DNA from: Candidatus Limnocylindrales bacterium
GTDB taxonomy: Bacteria; Chloroflexota; Limnocylindria; Limnocylindrales; CSP1-4
DNA length: 64,000 bases
Assembly: GCA_038245515.1 (NCBI GenBank)
Contig: JBBRSJ010000007.1
Location: 18,461 to 82,460 of the forward strand
Direction of reading: 5' to 3'
The notes beneath the pieces are model-generated. The model was not told the DNA's origin. It saw only the letters and a list, made by a program, of their open reading frames with translations, and searched no databases. The position numbers and the translations under genes are program-made. Below are positions 1-9,453 of the stretch, one piece after another (position 1 is the stretch's first letter; each line of letters opens with the position of its first letter).

Positions 1-14
1 CTGGCCCGAATCCT

Positions 15-860
15 GTGACGTTCGTCCCGGACGTGACCGGCGCCGTGCGCGGCCCGCTCGTCCCAACCGATGAGGAGCCGGCGATCGAGGTCGAGAACCT
101 CGGGGTCCGCTACGACCTGCGGCTGACCCGGCGGACGACGATCAAGGGCTCGCTGTCGGGGATGTTCCGCGAGAAGCCGGCGGCCTCGACCCACTTCTGG
201 GCGCTCCGCCACCTGAGCTTCAAGGTCGCCCACGGCGAGTCGCTCGCGGTCCTCGGCCCGAACGGCGCTGGCAAGAGCACGCTCCTCCTGGCGCTGGCAG
301 GCATCCTCGACCCGTCCGAGGGCCTCGTCGACGTCCACGGCAGCGTCTCGACCTTGCTGACGCTCGGCGCCGGTTTCGAGATGGAGCTGACCGGTCGCGA
401 CAACATCGACCTCGCCGCGGCCTTCCTCGGGATCGACCATCGGCTGATGGCCGATCTGACGCCCGAAATCATCGCCTTCGCCGACATCGGCGCCTTCATC
501 GACGCGCCGGTGAAGACCTACTCGACCGGCATGCGGGCTCGCCTCGGGTTCGCGATCGCGACCTCGGTCACCCCCGACATCCTCCTCCTCGACGAGGTCC
601 TCGGGACGGGCGACCAGATCTTCCGGAATAAGAGCCAGAAGCGGATCCACGACCTCATGGATGGGGCGAAGGCGATCATCCTCGTGACCCACGATCTCAA
701 CACGGTCGCGGAGTACTGCAACCGGGCGATCCTCATCGAGCAGGGCACCTTGATCCACGTGGGGTCACCCCAGGAGACCGTGGACGTCTACCGCCATCGG
801 GCCGAGGAGCGGAAGCTGCTCGCCGATCAGGCCGGCGGCCGCTTCACCGGCGACGAGTAG
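15..860 (+). CDS. ABC transporter ATP-binding protein, polysaccharide/teichoic acid export (Wzt/TagH-like)
   Basis: Walker A GPNGAGKST, Wzt-type signature YSTGMRARLGFA, Walker B LLLDE, FWAL motif; no C-terminal carbohydrate-binding module. Confidence 0.9.
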   Translation: MTFVPDVTGAVRGPLVPTDEEPAIEVENLGVRYDLRLTRRTTIKGSLSGMFREKPAASTHFWALRHLSFKVAHGESLAVLGPNGAGKSTLLLALAGILDPSEGLVDVHGSVSTLLTLGAGFEMELTGRDNIDLAAAFLGIDHRLMADLTPEIIAFADIGAFIDAPVKTYSTGMRARLGFAIATSVTPDILLLDEVLGTGDQIFRNKSQKRIHDLMDGAKAIILVTHDLNTVAEYCNRAILIEQGTLIHVGSPQETVDVYRHRAEERKLLADQAGGRFTGDE

Positions 861-872
861 CCGCGCCCGACG

Positions 873-1970
873 CTACGGTGTCGTCGAGGTGTCGGCGGGA
901 GCCGGCGCGCGCCGCAGCAGGTACCCGCCGCGCCCCGACCGCTTCTCGGTGTTGAGCCGGCCGACCTCGCCCGCCATCCGTTCGACGTCCGCCGGCCCGT
1001 AGGCAGAAGCCGCCGGGTCGACGAACCACGAGCCTGGCTCGAAGGTCGCGAGGTCTCGGGCGATCTGTTCGCTGCCGATGATCTCGGCCGGCGAGGAGTC
1101 GTGGAAGGCCTTGAACACCTGGAGTCCGAGCCTGGCCGCGATCGCCTCCATGCCCCCGCTCGACAGGACCACCAGGTGGCGCGGTGCGTCGAGCTCCCAC
1201 CAGTCGGCCCCGAACCGCTCCCAGAACCAGGACCCTGCGATCGGGGTTCGGATCAGGATGCGGCCGCCGGGGCGGAGCAGCCTGCTCGCCGCGCCAAGGG
1301 TCGCCGCGGGGTCGCGGACGTGTTCGAACGAGTGATGAAACATGATCAGGTCGAAGGTGCCTTCGACGTCCTCCAGCTCGCGCTTCTGGACGCGAACCCC
1401 GTGGTGCACGAAGTCGCCGTCGACGAACGGGTCGGCCCCCAGCAGGTGTCGGAAGCCGAGCTGCCGCAGGCTGCACAGGCGCGCCGGGACGCGGCCACAC
1501 CCGACGTCGAGGATCCGATCGGAGAAGCTCCGGATCCCGAACCGCGGAATCAGTGGCTTGGCGATCGCGAGGTCCGGTGGATCGCCGACGAGCCGGGCGG
1601 CCAGCGAGCTGATCCGTCCACCCCGCCGGAACAGGACGGGTCGCAGGCGAGCCATCGTCAGCATCCGGCGAATCGCGTTGCCCGGGGCGGGGTGGGCGGC
1701 CGCGACGCGCGCGTAGTACCTGCTCGGGTAGAACGGGCTCAGGTCTGCCGGAGGATCAGCGAGCCAAAGGGTGGCGCACGCGCCGCACTCGCGATATGCG
1801 AACGGCTCGCGCGTGCCGAACATCATCTCGCGGGCAGGAATCTCGCCCGGCGCCGCCAGGGAGCCGCAGGCCGGACAGCGATTGCCCGACTCCGACTCGA
1901 CCCGCGCGCTCAGTGGCGCTGCCGAGATCAGGGCGAGCCCGCCAGGCCGCGGACGGTCCGGGCCAGCCAC
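873..1970 (-). CDS. Class I SAM-dependent methyltransferase with N-terminal Cys motifs
   Basis: ILDVGCG motif I, FHHSFEHVRDP, LRPGG, DAPRH; CPACG and CGACA at N-terminus; start uncertain. Confidence 0.85.
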   Translation of the reverse strand: MAGPDRPRPGGLALISAAPLSARVESESGNRCPACGSLAAPGEIPAREMMFGTREPFAYRECGACATLWLADPPADLSPFYPSRYYARVAAAHPAPGNAIRRMLTMARLRPVLFRRGGRISSLAARLVGDPPDLAIAKPLIPRFGIRSFSDRILDVGCGRVPARLCSLRQLGFRHLLGADPFVDGDFVHHGVRVQKRELEDVEGTFDLIMFHHSFEHVRDPAATLGAASRLLRPGGRILIRTPIAGSWFWERFGADWWELDAPRHLVVLSSGGMEAIAARLGLQVFKAFHDSSPAEIIGSEQIARDLATFEPGSWFVDPAASAYGPADVERMAGEVGRLNTEKRSGRGGYLLRRAPAPADTSTTP

Positions 1971-3304
1971 GGGACGACTGCGGCGGTCGCCTCGTCCCAG
2001 GTCGCCGGGAGGGCGACGTCACCCGGCGGGACCCGATCGCCCGCGACAAGCGCGACGGCTTCGCGGAGGCCCTCGACGAGTGCCTCCAGGGTTGGCGGCG
2101 CGCCCAGGATGCGCGGGGAGATCTCGCGGAGTGCCGTCTCGGTCTTCGCGCCGTACGTGTTCGTGACCACCAGGTTCCCGGCCGCCGCCATCTCGATCGG
2201 CGGGTAGCTCGTGTGGGGCGAGAGCATCAGCGACAGGAGCAGGTCGGATCCGCCGAGCAGGGTCGCGTAGTCGGCATAGCCGAGCCAGCCGGTGGGCCGA
2301 AGGACGTGACGATCGGACAGGGCCAGCTCCGGCACGTCCGAGCCGATCGCGCTGAACTCCCATGGCTCGTCGTCGAAGACACCCGACTGGGCCGCGATGC
2401 GGAGGGCCTTCAGCCCGAGGGCGAAGCAGTTCCGGTCGTTCCGGGGCCGGGCGTAGAAGAGAAGGCGGCGCGGCCGGGTGCCGTCGCCTGGCGGCGATGC
2501 CACTTCGGCGCCCGGCGTCGGACGCCGGAAGAGCCCCCGGTCGACGGCCGGATCGAATGCGATCGCGGCCGCCTCCGACGCGTCGGCCCCGAATCGGCCG
2601 ATGCTCGCGCTCGCGAAGTGGGCGCGCAGGAGCCGCTCGTTGAACACCGCACGGGCCGGGAAGTCGTACGTCGCGAGGGCCAGCGCATGGTTCGTCGACC
2701 ACGGGTAGAACCCGGGCTCGAAGTCCTGGATGAAGTAGACGAACTCGCCGACCTCCGTCGCGCCAAGGCCGTCGCGGGCCGCATAGGCCGTCGGCCACCA
2801 CGTCGCCATCAGGACCTCGTTGGCGGCGACCGGGATCGGCTCGTCGCCGGCGATCAGCTCGGCGGTCCGACCGGCGGCGGCCGATCCCGACAGGTCGGAG
2901 AGATGGGCGCGGATCGCGTCCTGGTCCGGGTCGAGCGGCCCGAACGTCGCGACGTAGCGCAGGTCGATCCCCTCGTCGGCCAGGCGTCCCGTGAGGTTGA
3001 GGATCGTGTTCGGGCCGCCCGTCATCCGGCTCAGCTGGAGATGGGGCATCAGGACGGTCAGCCGCGGCCGCTCGCGGGCCGGCACCGGCACGAACGCCGG
3101 CACCGCGACCAGGACCGGGGTGTCCAAGGCTGCGAATTCCGCCAGCCCGCCGCGGACCGGACCCGCCTGCCCGCCCGCCCCAGCCGGCCGCACGACGGTC
3201 GGCGCGGCTCGGCCGAGGACCCGGCGGGCCCGTGATGCGGCGCGTCGTGCCACGCGAAGGAGCCGCGCCTCGAGGTCGTCGGACGAAGGTCGGTCGGGCG
3301 CCAT
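1928..3304 (-). CDS. Glycosyltransferase, WsaF-like (putative rhamnosyltransferase)
   Basis: Motifs MATWWPTA, YFIQDFEPGFYP, LFYARP, SLMLSPHTSYPPIEMAAAG typical of the WsaF family; ATG at 3304 just after the upstream stop. Confidence 0.8.
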   Translation of the reverse strand: MAPDRPSSDDLEARLLRVARRAASRARRVLGRAAPTVVRPAGAGGQAGPVRGGLAEFAALDTPVLVAVPAFVPVPARERPRLTVLMPHLQLSRMTGGPNTILNLTGRLADEGIDLRYVATFGPLDPDQDAIRAHLSDLSGSAAAGRTAELIAGDEPIPVAANEVLMATWWPTAYAARDGLGATEVGEFVYFIQDFEPGFYPWSTNHALALATYDFPARAVFNERLLRAHFASASIGRFGADASEAAAIAFDPAVDRGLFRRPTPGAEVASPPGDGTRPRRLLFYARPRNDRNCFALGLKALRIAAQSGVFDDEPWEFSAIGSDVPELALSDRHVLRPTGWLGYADYATLLGGSDLLLSLMLSPHTSYPPIEMAAAGNLVVTNTYGAKTETALREISPRILGAPPTLEALVEGLREAVALVAGDRVPPGDVALPATWDEATAAVVPWLARTVRGLAGSP

Positions 3305-3306
3305 GG

Positions 3307-6300
3307 TCAGGCCAGCCTGGCCGGCATCGGCCCGTCGCTGATCGAGGCCGGCTGCTCGGCAAGGAGCCTCCTGGTCGAGTCGAGGATCGTCTCGGCGCGG
3401 TGCCCGAACGTGTGGCGCGCCAGGACCGCGGCTCGGCCGCGCCCCGCGACCGCACGCCGCGCCTCCGGATCGGCGAGGTAACGGTCCAGCTCGACGATGA
3501 GGTCGTCGCGGCGGCGGTAGGTCACGACCCCATCGTCGAACTCGCGGTCCATGCCGGGCACATCGTCGGACACGATGAATGCGCCGCTCGCGAGGGCGTC
3601 GTACAGCCGGTTCGAGAAGAAGCCCTCGTCGCGCATGTCCTGCCAGTGGTCGTTGAGGACGATCGCCGCCCCCGCGTAGTAGCGGCGCAGCTCGTCGTTC
3701 GGGATCCACTCGCCCTTGAGGTGCTTCGGGTCGATCAGCTCCGGCGTCCAGCTCCCGCCGTAGACCGAGAGGTCGAAGGGCGAGCCCGCCAGGTCGTCGA
3801 TGATCGGCCGCCGGACGCCGCGCGAGTTGCCGACGAACAGGAGCTCGTGCACGGGCCCGCCCGGCTCCGGGAAGAAGCGTTCGGGCTCGGTCGCCTGATG
3901 GAGCGGGACGAGCGGAACGTCGGTCCGCGCCTTGAGGTGCTCGAGAAACACGTCCGACGCCACGAAGATCACGTCGTAGCTCGCGCACAGCTCCGAGGTC
4001 ACCCGGTCGGGATGGCTGATCACCCACAGCAGATTGACCTGGCCCAGGCGCGTCTTCGGGGCGCGCACGCCGAAGATGTGGATCGAGGCGTCGCAGCGGG
4101 TGGCGACCGGGTCCGCCTGCTCCTGGAACACGAGCACGACCGATGGGTGGCCGCGCCGCTCGAGCTGACGCTGGACGTCGCGGGCGAACGGGAGGTCGCC
4201 CCAGTGCTCTGCGTCCTTCCAGGTCTGGGGCCCGATCTGAAGTCCGAACCGGCGCGCCTCCAGCCAGTCGTGGAGGCGGCTCCGGAACTCCTCGGCGCGC
4301 CGGGCGTAGGTGTGGCGCTCGAGGACGATGTCGCGATAGCGCTTCGCCAGCTCGGTTCGCCGCTCTTCGTCGCCGAGGAGGCGATCGACCTGGTCGACGA
4401 GGTCTTCGGGCGTCGACCACGTCGGGAAGTCCTCGTCGAACAGCTCACGGACGCCGAGCTCGTTGTCGGTGACGACGATCGTCCCGGCCGCGAGAGCGTC
4501 GAACAGGCGCGAGTTCACCGCGCCGTACGGCTTGGTCGGCGAGGCGGTGTCATCGACGGCGATCTTCGAGGAGGCGTACGCGGCGGGTACGTCTTCGTAG
4601 TCGAGCACGCCGCCCGATAGGTCGGCCATGCCCGGGTCGCGATCCCAGTTGCGGCCCCAGACCCGGACGATTCGACCGGACGCAGCGAGCGCCGGCAGGG
4701 CGCTTGCGACGCCGCGCTCCTCCCCCCAGTGGCTGCCGACGAAGACCGCGTCCGACGCCACGGCCGGATGAGCGACACCGGGCCGGAACCGGGCGGGGTT
4801 CGTCGCGAGGGGCATGAGGTGGGCCTGTTTGGTGCTACCGGCCTCGATCAGCTCCTTCGAGCGGGCGCTCGACGCGAGGACGATGTCGAAGTCGTTGAAC
4901 CACGGATGAGACAGCCAGCGATCGGTCCAGTTGCGGACCCACGCGATCGTGACGACGCCGCGCGGGATCCGGCTCAGGTCAAACAGGTCGAGCAGGGCGA
5001 TCACGACGTCGACCGATGCATCGAGTTCGTACCAGAGGTCCTGATAACGCTCGATGTACGAGATCCGCCAGCCGAGCGCGGCGAGGGCGTCGCCGAGCTC
5101 GTGGGCGGTGTACCAGTCCCCGTAGGGCGCCGCGTTGTCGTCCTTGGTCAGGGTGATCGCAACGTGGAGCGGATCGCCGGACCAGCTGCGCTCGGAGCCG
5201 AGCCGGTCCCGGAAGACCTCGCGGAAGAGGCGCGGGCCCCAGCGGTCGACGACGTCCTGCCATGGATCCTCGGCTGCGGCTGCGGCTGCGATCGCGGTGG
5301 CCGGCGCAACGACACCCGGGCGGGCCTGCTCGAGCTGCGGAGCGTGGTGCCACAGGACGGCCGATCCCTCATAGACCACCGGGCGCCGGGCGGCCCACAG
5401 GGCGAGGCAGAACTCGACGGTTGCGGCCAGCGGATCCGCGGCGGGCACCGCGACGAAGGCCTCGATCGCGTCGCGCGGAATGAGCAGGCAGCTGTCGACG
5501 ACCGCCGGGCGGGTCGTCCGCTCCGCCGCGACCGGCTCGAGCGGATCGTCGCCGCGGCCGATCAGCCGCGGCCTCGGCATCCCGCCGGTCATCGCGAAGT
5601 CGATGCCGCGGTGCTCGAGGGTCAGGTCTGCGGGCTCGTCGGCTGGGCCGGGCTTCGTCCGCGGGCCCGGGGAGGGTCGCCGGGCATGGATCAGGCGGGC
5701 CCCGACCGCGCCGGCGCCGCGGTCGCGCTGGGCCGCCACCAGCCGCGACAGCCAGCCCGGATCGATCGGCTCGACGTCGTCGTGGACGAAGGCGACGAAG
5801 CTCGCCTCGGACGCCGCCGCGGCGGCCTGCCGGCCGGAACCGATCGGGAGGTCGTCGGCCTGGCGGGTCGCGGTCCAGCCCGATCGGGCGGCCACGACGG
5901 CCAGCGCGCGATCGACGGCCGGGGCGTCCCCATCGTCGGCTCCGATCGCGCCCACGAGCACGATGTCCGCCCGCGGCCAGTTCGTCTGGCCGAGCGCGGC
6001 GAGGCAGCGGAGCAGGAGTGGGCCGCCATGGAGGACCGAGACCACGATGGTGACGAGCTCATTCCCGGGAGCCGGTGCGACGCCGATGCTCGAGCGGAGC
6101 GCGCCGAGCAGGGCCTGCTCCTCGCTCGCGCTCGCCTGCGTCCGACGACGGCTTCCCGAGGCACCGCCGCGCGTTCGTTCACGGACCGTGACACCGATCC
6201 CCTGCATCGCCCACCACGATCGGCGGGCGAGCGACAGGGGCCGCCGGATCAGCTTGCGGACCGCCAGGGCGATCCGGACCGCCCGGTTGGCGCGCAGCCG

Positions 6301-6594
6301 AGTGAGGTCCTGACCGACCTTCTCCAGGCGCTTCGAACGATTCTCGAGGAGGCGCCGGTGGCGGTCGAGCTCGACCTCGAAGCGGAGGCGCTCGCGGTTC
6401 GCGCGTTCGCGCACGGCCGCGATCTCGGACTGGGCGGACTCGAGGCGTCGCTCGAGCTCACCGATGCGGACCTGGAGCTCGGGCGGAGACGGATCCTGGG
6501 GCGCCGGCAAGGCCGCGGGAAGGGACGTCCCCGCGTCCGGGATCGCCGGGTCCGGGCTCTTGTCTGGGCCCGCGTCGGCGGGGCGATCCGTCAC
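3307..6594 (-). CDS. Multidomain glycosyltransferase: coiled coil + degenerate GT2-like region + two tandem CgeB/Glyco_trans_1_2-like modules
   Basis: 1095 aa; duplicated motifs NSRLFDALAAG/SNRLYDALASG and VLERHTYARRA/VLARHTFGHRA; TATCCT -10 box 7 nt before GTG. Confidence 0.8.
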   Translation of the reverse strand: MTDRPADAGPDKSPDPAIPDAGTSLPAALPAPQDPSPPELQVRIGELERRLESAQSEIAAVRERANRERLRFEVELDRHRRLLENRSKRLEKVGQDLTRLRANRAVRIALAVRKLIRRPLSLARRSWWAMQGIGVTVRERTRGGASGSRRRTQASASEEQALLGALRSSIGVAPAPGNELVTIVVSVLHGGPLLLRCLAALGQTNWPRADIVLVGAIGADDGDAPAVDRALAVVAARSGWTATRQADDLPIGSGRQAAAAASEASFVAFVHDDVEPIDPGWLSRLVAAQRDRGAGAVGARLIHARRPSPGPRTKPGPADEPADLTLEHRGIDFAMTGGMPRPRLIGRGDDPLEPVAAERTTRPAVVDSCLLIPRDAIEAFVAVPAADPLAATVEFCLALWAARRPVVYEGSAVLWHHAPQLEQARPGVVAPATAIAAAAAAEDPWQDVVDRWGPRLFREVFRDRLGSERSWSGDPLHVAITLTKDDNAAPYGDWYTAHELGDALAALGWRISYIERYQDLWYELDASVDVVIALLDLFDLSRIPRGVVTIAWVRNWTDRWLSHPWFNDFDIVLASSARSKELIEAGSTKQAHLMPLATNPARFRPGVAHPAVASDAVFVGSHWGEERGVASALPALAASGRIVRVWGRNWDRDPGMADLSGGVLDYEDVPAAYASSKIAVDDTASPTKPYGAVNSRLFDALAAGTIVVTDNELGVRELFDEDFPTWSTPEDLVDQVDRLLGDEERRTELAKRYRDIVLERHTYARRAEEFRSRLHDWLEARRFGLQIGPQTWKDAEHWGDLPFARDVQRQLERRGHPSVVLVFQEQADPVATRCDASIHIFGVRAPKTRLGQVNLLWVISHPDRVTSELCASYDVIFVASDVFLEHLKARTDVPLVPLHQATEPERFFPEPGGPVHELLFVGNSRGVRRPIIDDLAGSPFDLSVYGGSWTPELIDPKHLKGEWIPNDELRRYYAGAAIVLNDHWQDMRDEGFFSNRLYDALASGAFIVSDDVPGMDREFDDGVVTYRRRDDLIVELDRYLADPEARRAVAGRGRAAVLARHTFGHRAETILDSTRRLLAEQPASISDGPMPARLA

Positions 6595-6648
6595 GGACGG
6601 GAGGATAGCGCAATCCCTGTTCGACCGACCCCGAGGGGACGGGCCGGC

Positions 6649-8070
6649 TCAGGTCGGGGCGTCGGCTCGGCCGCTGGGATCCGCCGCCGTCGTCGCTCGC
6701 ACGAGGGCGCGGTATTCAGTGGCGGCGGCTGGCCACCCGAACCGCTCCCGGAACGTCTCCGCGATCCGGCGCCGCCACGAGCCGTCGTCGCGGGCCGCGC
6801 GGTCGAGGACGGCGGCGATCGCCGCGGCCAGGTCCACCGGAGCGAGCGATTCGGCGACCGCGCCGAGATCGTGGGCGACGATCAGCTCGGTCATCGCGTC
6901 GAGGCCCCGGACCGACACGACGGGCACCCCGACGGCCAGCGCCTCCCAGAACTTGTTCGGGGTGGCCTGGCGCTGATTCGCCGAGATCGGCGGCAGCGCC
7001 ACGAGCGCGGCGTCCGCGCCGGCGGTCCAGGCGAGGAGCTCATCCGGCGGCCGTGGCGGCAGGGTGACGTGGCGACCCCTGAGGCGCGCATCCGCGTCGC
7101 GGGCCAGGCTGGCTGCAAACCCGCGGCCGAACCCGAGCAGGACGAGCGCCGCATCGGGCACGAGCAGGATCGCCTTGGTCGCCTCGTCGAGCCCGAGCCC
7201 TCGTCCGATCCGGCCCTGGTGGAGCACCAGCCTGGTCGTGGCTGGCAGGCCGGCCGCGCGCCGGAGGAGATCGGGCGGGGCCGCGATGACCGCGGGATTC
7301 GGTGGCTCGGGCGCGTTCGGAACGACGACGATCGGCGCGCGCCTGTGCCAGGTGCGGGCAAGAGTCGCCGCGAGCGCGCCGTTGACCGTGACGATCGCGT
7401 CCGCCGACCGGGCCCACGCCGCCTCGCGCCGGGCGATGACGCCTCGCACCGGCGCCGGCATCCGGCCGACCTCGTTGCCGGCGGCGGCGTGGTCGATTGC
7501 GTCGTGGATCACACGCGCTCGCGATCCGGACGGCCCGACCGGATGTCGTCGGCGCGCCGCCAGGGCCGGCGCGATCGCGAGGGCGCCGCAGGCGTGGTAC
7601 ACGTCGGCGGGGGGAAGATCGGCCGCGAGGGTCGCCCACCAGCCGCGGACGACGTGGGGCCAGAAGAGCCAGCGGCGGAGGTCGAGAAGCGGGCCGGCCA
7701 GCCGGCGCGCGACGGCTCGGATGCGGCCGCCACCGGCGCCCGAACGAGCCCCACCCTGCGCGATCGTCGCCGCCTCGCTCGCCCCGATGATCGCCCACGG
7801 GCCGCGTGGCCGGTAGCGCCGGATCTCGATCGAACCGACCGCGGCCGGCTCTGGCTCGGGGTCGCCGGCGGCGCCGGGCCGGGCGGGTGCGACCGACTCG
7901 ACGGCGGGCAACCCGGGCGCGGCGATCGCGGCGATCTCGACCGCATATCCCTCGGCGGCAAGCGCCCGCGCGATCCGGATCGCCCGCGAATAGGGCGCCA
8001 CTGGGCCGCCGACGAGGACGACCGCGCGGCGCCGGACCGTCGCCGCCGGCGGCACGCTCGCGCCTACCAC
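6649..8070 (-). CDS. Glycosyltransferase family 4 protein
   Basis: LHQGRIGRGLGL and TPNKFWEALAVGVPVV GT-B motifs; paralogous to the next two genes. Confidence 0.85.
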   Translation of the reverse strand: MVGASVPPAATVRRRAVVLVGGPVAPYSRAIRIARALAAEGYAVEIAAIAAPGLPAVESVAPARPGAAGDPEPEPAAVGSIEIRRYRPRGPWAIIGASEAATIAQGGARSGAGGGRIRAVARRLAGPLLDLRRWLFWPHVVRGWWATLAADLPPADVYHACGALAIAPALAARRRHPVGPSGSRARVIHDAIDHAAAGNEVGRMPAPVRGVIARREAAWARSADAIVTVNGALAATLARTWHRRAPIVVVPNAPEPPNPAVIAAPPDLLRRAAGLPATTRLVLHQGRIGRGLGLDEATKAILLVPDAALVLLGFGRGFAASLARDADARLRGRHVTLPPRPPDELLAWTAGADAALVALPPISANQRQATPNKFWEALAVGVPVVSVRGLDAMTELIVAHDLGAVAESLAPVDLAAAIAAVLDRAARDDGSWRRRIAETFRERFGWPAAATEYRALVRATTAADPSGRADAPT

Positions 8071-9452
8071 GGCCGGCCCGTCAGTCGGCCGTATTCGGCG
8101 AGCAGGACCTCGACCTGGGCTTCCCAGCTGTACGTCTCATGGGCTGCCGCCAGGGCCCGGTCGCGATAGCCCGCCCGCTCGGCATCGGGCGCGTCAAGGA
8201 TCGTCCGGATGGCTGCGGCGATCGAAGCCGGGTCGGTCGGATCGCACAGGACGCCACAGCGGGTCTCGCGCACGATCCCGGCCATGCCCGGCAGGTCCGA
8301 AGCGACGACCGGCACACCGACGGCCATCGCCTCGAACAGCTTGTTCGGCGTCGTGAGCCGATGGTTGAGGGTCGTGGGCTGGATCGGCATCGCGACGACG
8401 TCCGCGGACCCGACCCAGTCGAGGAGCTCGGCCGGGGACACCGCGGGCAGGACGAACAGCCGGCCGGCGTGGTCCGCCAGCGCGGCGCGGGCCTCGAGCT
8501 CCGGGCGGAGCGAGCCGTACCCCAGCAGGACGAGGACGGCGTCCGCGGGCAGGAGCGTCAACGCGTCGATGAGCTGCTCGATCCCGCGGTCCCGCGAGAA
8601 GCCGCCCTGGTAGAGGACAACCCGCGTCGCCGGATCGAGGCCGAGTCGCTCGTGGAAGCGACGCAGGGTCGATGCCGGCGGCTCCCGACGGTAGGAGCAG
8701 TTCATCACGACCGCCGGACGGGCCACATCGAACCGTCGCTCCATGACCTCCGCGTACGGCACGTTGACCGTCATCACCCGGCCCGCGGCGCGGGCCCAGC
8801 GCCGCTCGGCCCGGCCCACAACGCGACGGACCGGGCCCGGCAGCCGGGCGAGGTTCGCGGCGTCGAGGTAGATGTCGCGCGCGTCATAAACGACCTTCGC
8901 GCCGTCGCGCCGGCCGAGATCCAGCCCGATCGGGATGCCCATGTACGCCATCGCGTGGACGAGGTCGGCCGGCGGGGCGGCGCGACGCGTCGCGAGCCGC
9001 TGGGAGCGGACCGTCAGGCCGATCGCGGCGAGCCGGACGATCCCCGCAATCGCGCGGCGGAGACGCCCGGTCCGGGCCGCCCCGGCGTCGATGACGTGGA
9101 ACGCGCCGTCCGCCACCACCACCGATGAGCGCCGCCGCCGGGCGGGGCGCGCGCGCGTCGCGATCACGCGCAGCGGCCGGGGCACGCCCGCGGACGCCGA
9201 GACGGGGACGCGGATCACGAGGTAGCCGCCTGGGTGCTCCTCGACCGCTGGGAGCCCGAACTCGAGGCGCGCCATGACCGTGACCGCGTGGCCGCGGGCG
9301 ACGAGCGCGGTCGCGATCCGCCACGCCCGCGAGTCGAACGCACCGCTCGACGGCAGGACGAGCGTGCACCGCTGTCGGACGATCGCGTCGGCCGGTCCGG
9401 CCATTCGCTCCGCCGACTGAACGACGACCGGTGTTGGAGCGACCGCGGTCAC
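8064..9452 (-). CDS. Glycosyltransferase family 4 protein
   Basis: VVYDARD, LYQGGFSRDRG, TPNKLFEAMAVGVPVVASDLPGM. Confidence 0.88.
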   Translation of the reverse strand: MTAVAPTPVVVQSAERMAGPADAIVRQRCTLVLPSSGAFDSRAWRIATALVARGHAVTVMARLEFGLPAVEEHPGGYLVIRVPVSASAGVPRPLRVIATRARPARRRRSSVVVADGAFHVIDAGAARTGRLRRAIAGIVRLAAIGLTVRSQRLATRRAAPPADLVHAMAYMGIPIGLDLGRRDGAKVVYDARDIYLDAANLARLPGPVRRVVGRAERRWARAAGRVMTVNVPYAEVMERRFDVARPAVVMNCSYRREPPASTLRRFHERLGLDPATRVVLYQGGFSRDRGIEQLIDALTLLPADAVLVLLGYGSLRPELEARAALADHAGRLFVLPAVSPAELLDWVGSADVVAMPIQPTTLNHRLTTPNKLFEAMAVGVPVVASDLPGMAGIVRETRCGVLCDPTDPASIAAAIRTILDAPDAERAGYRDRALAAAHETYSWEAQVEVLLAEYGRLTGRPW

Positions 9453-9453
9453 G

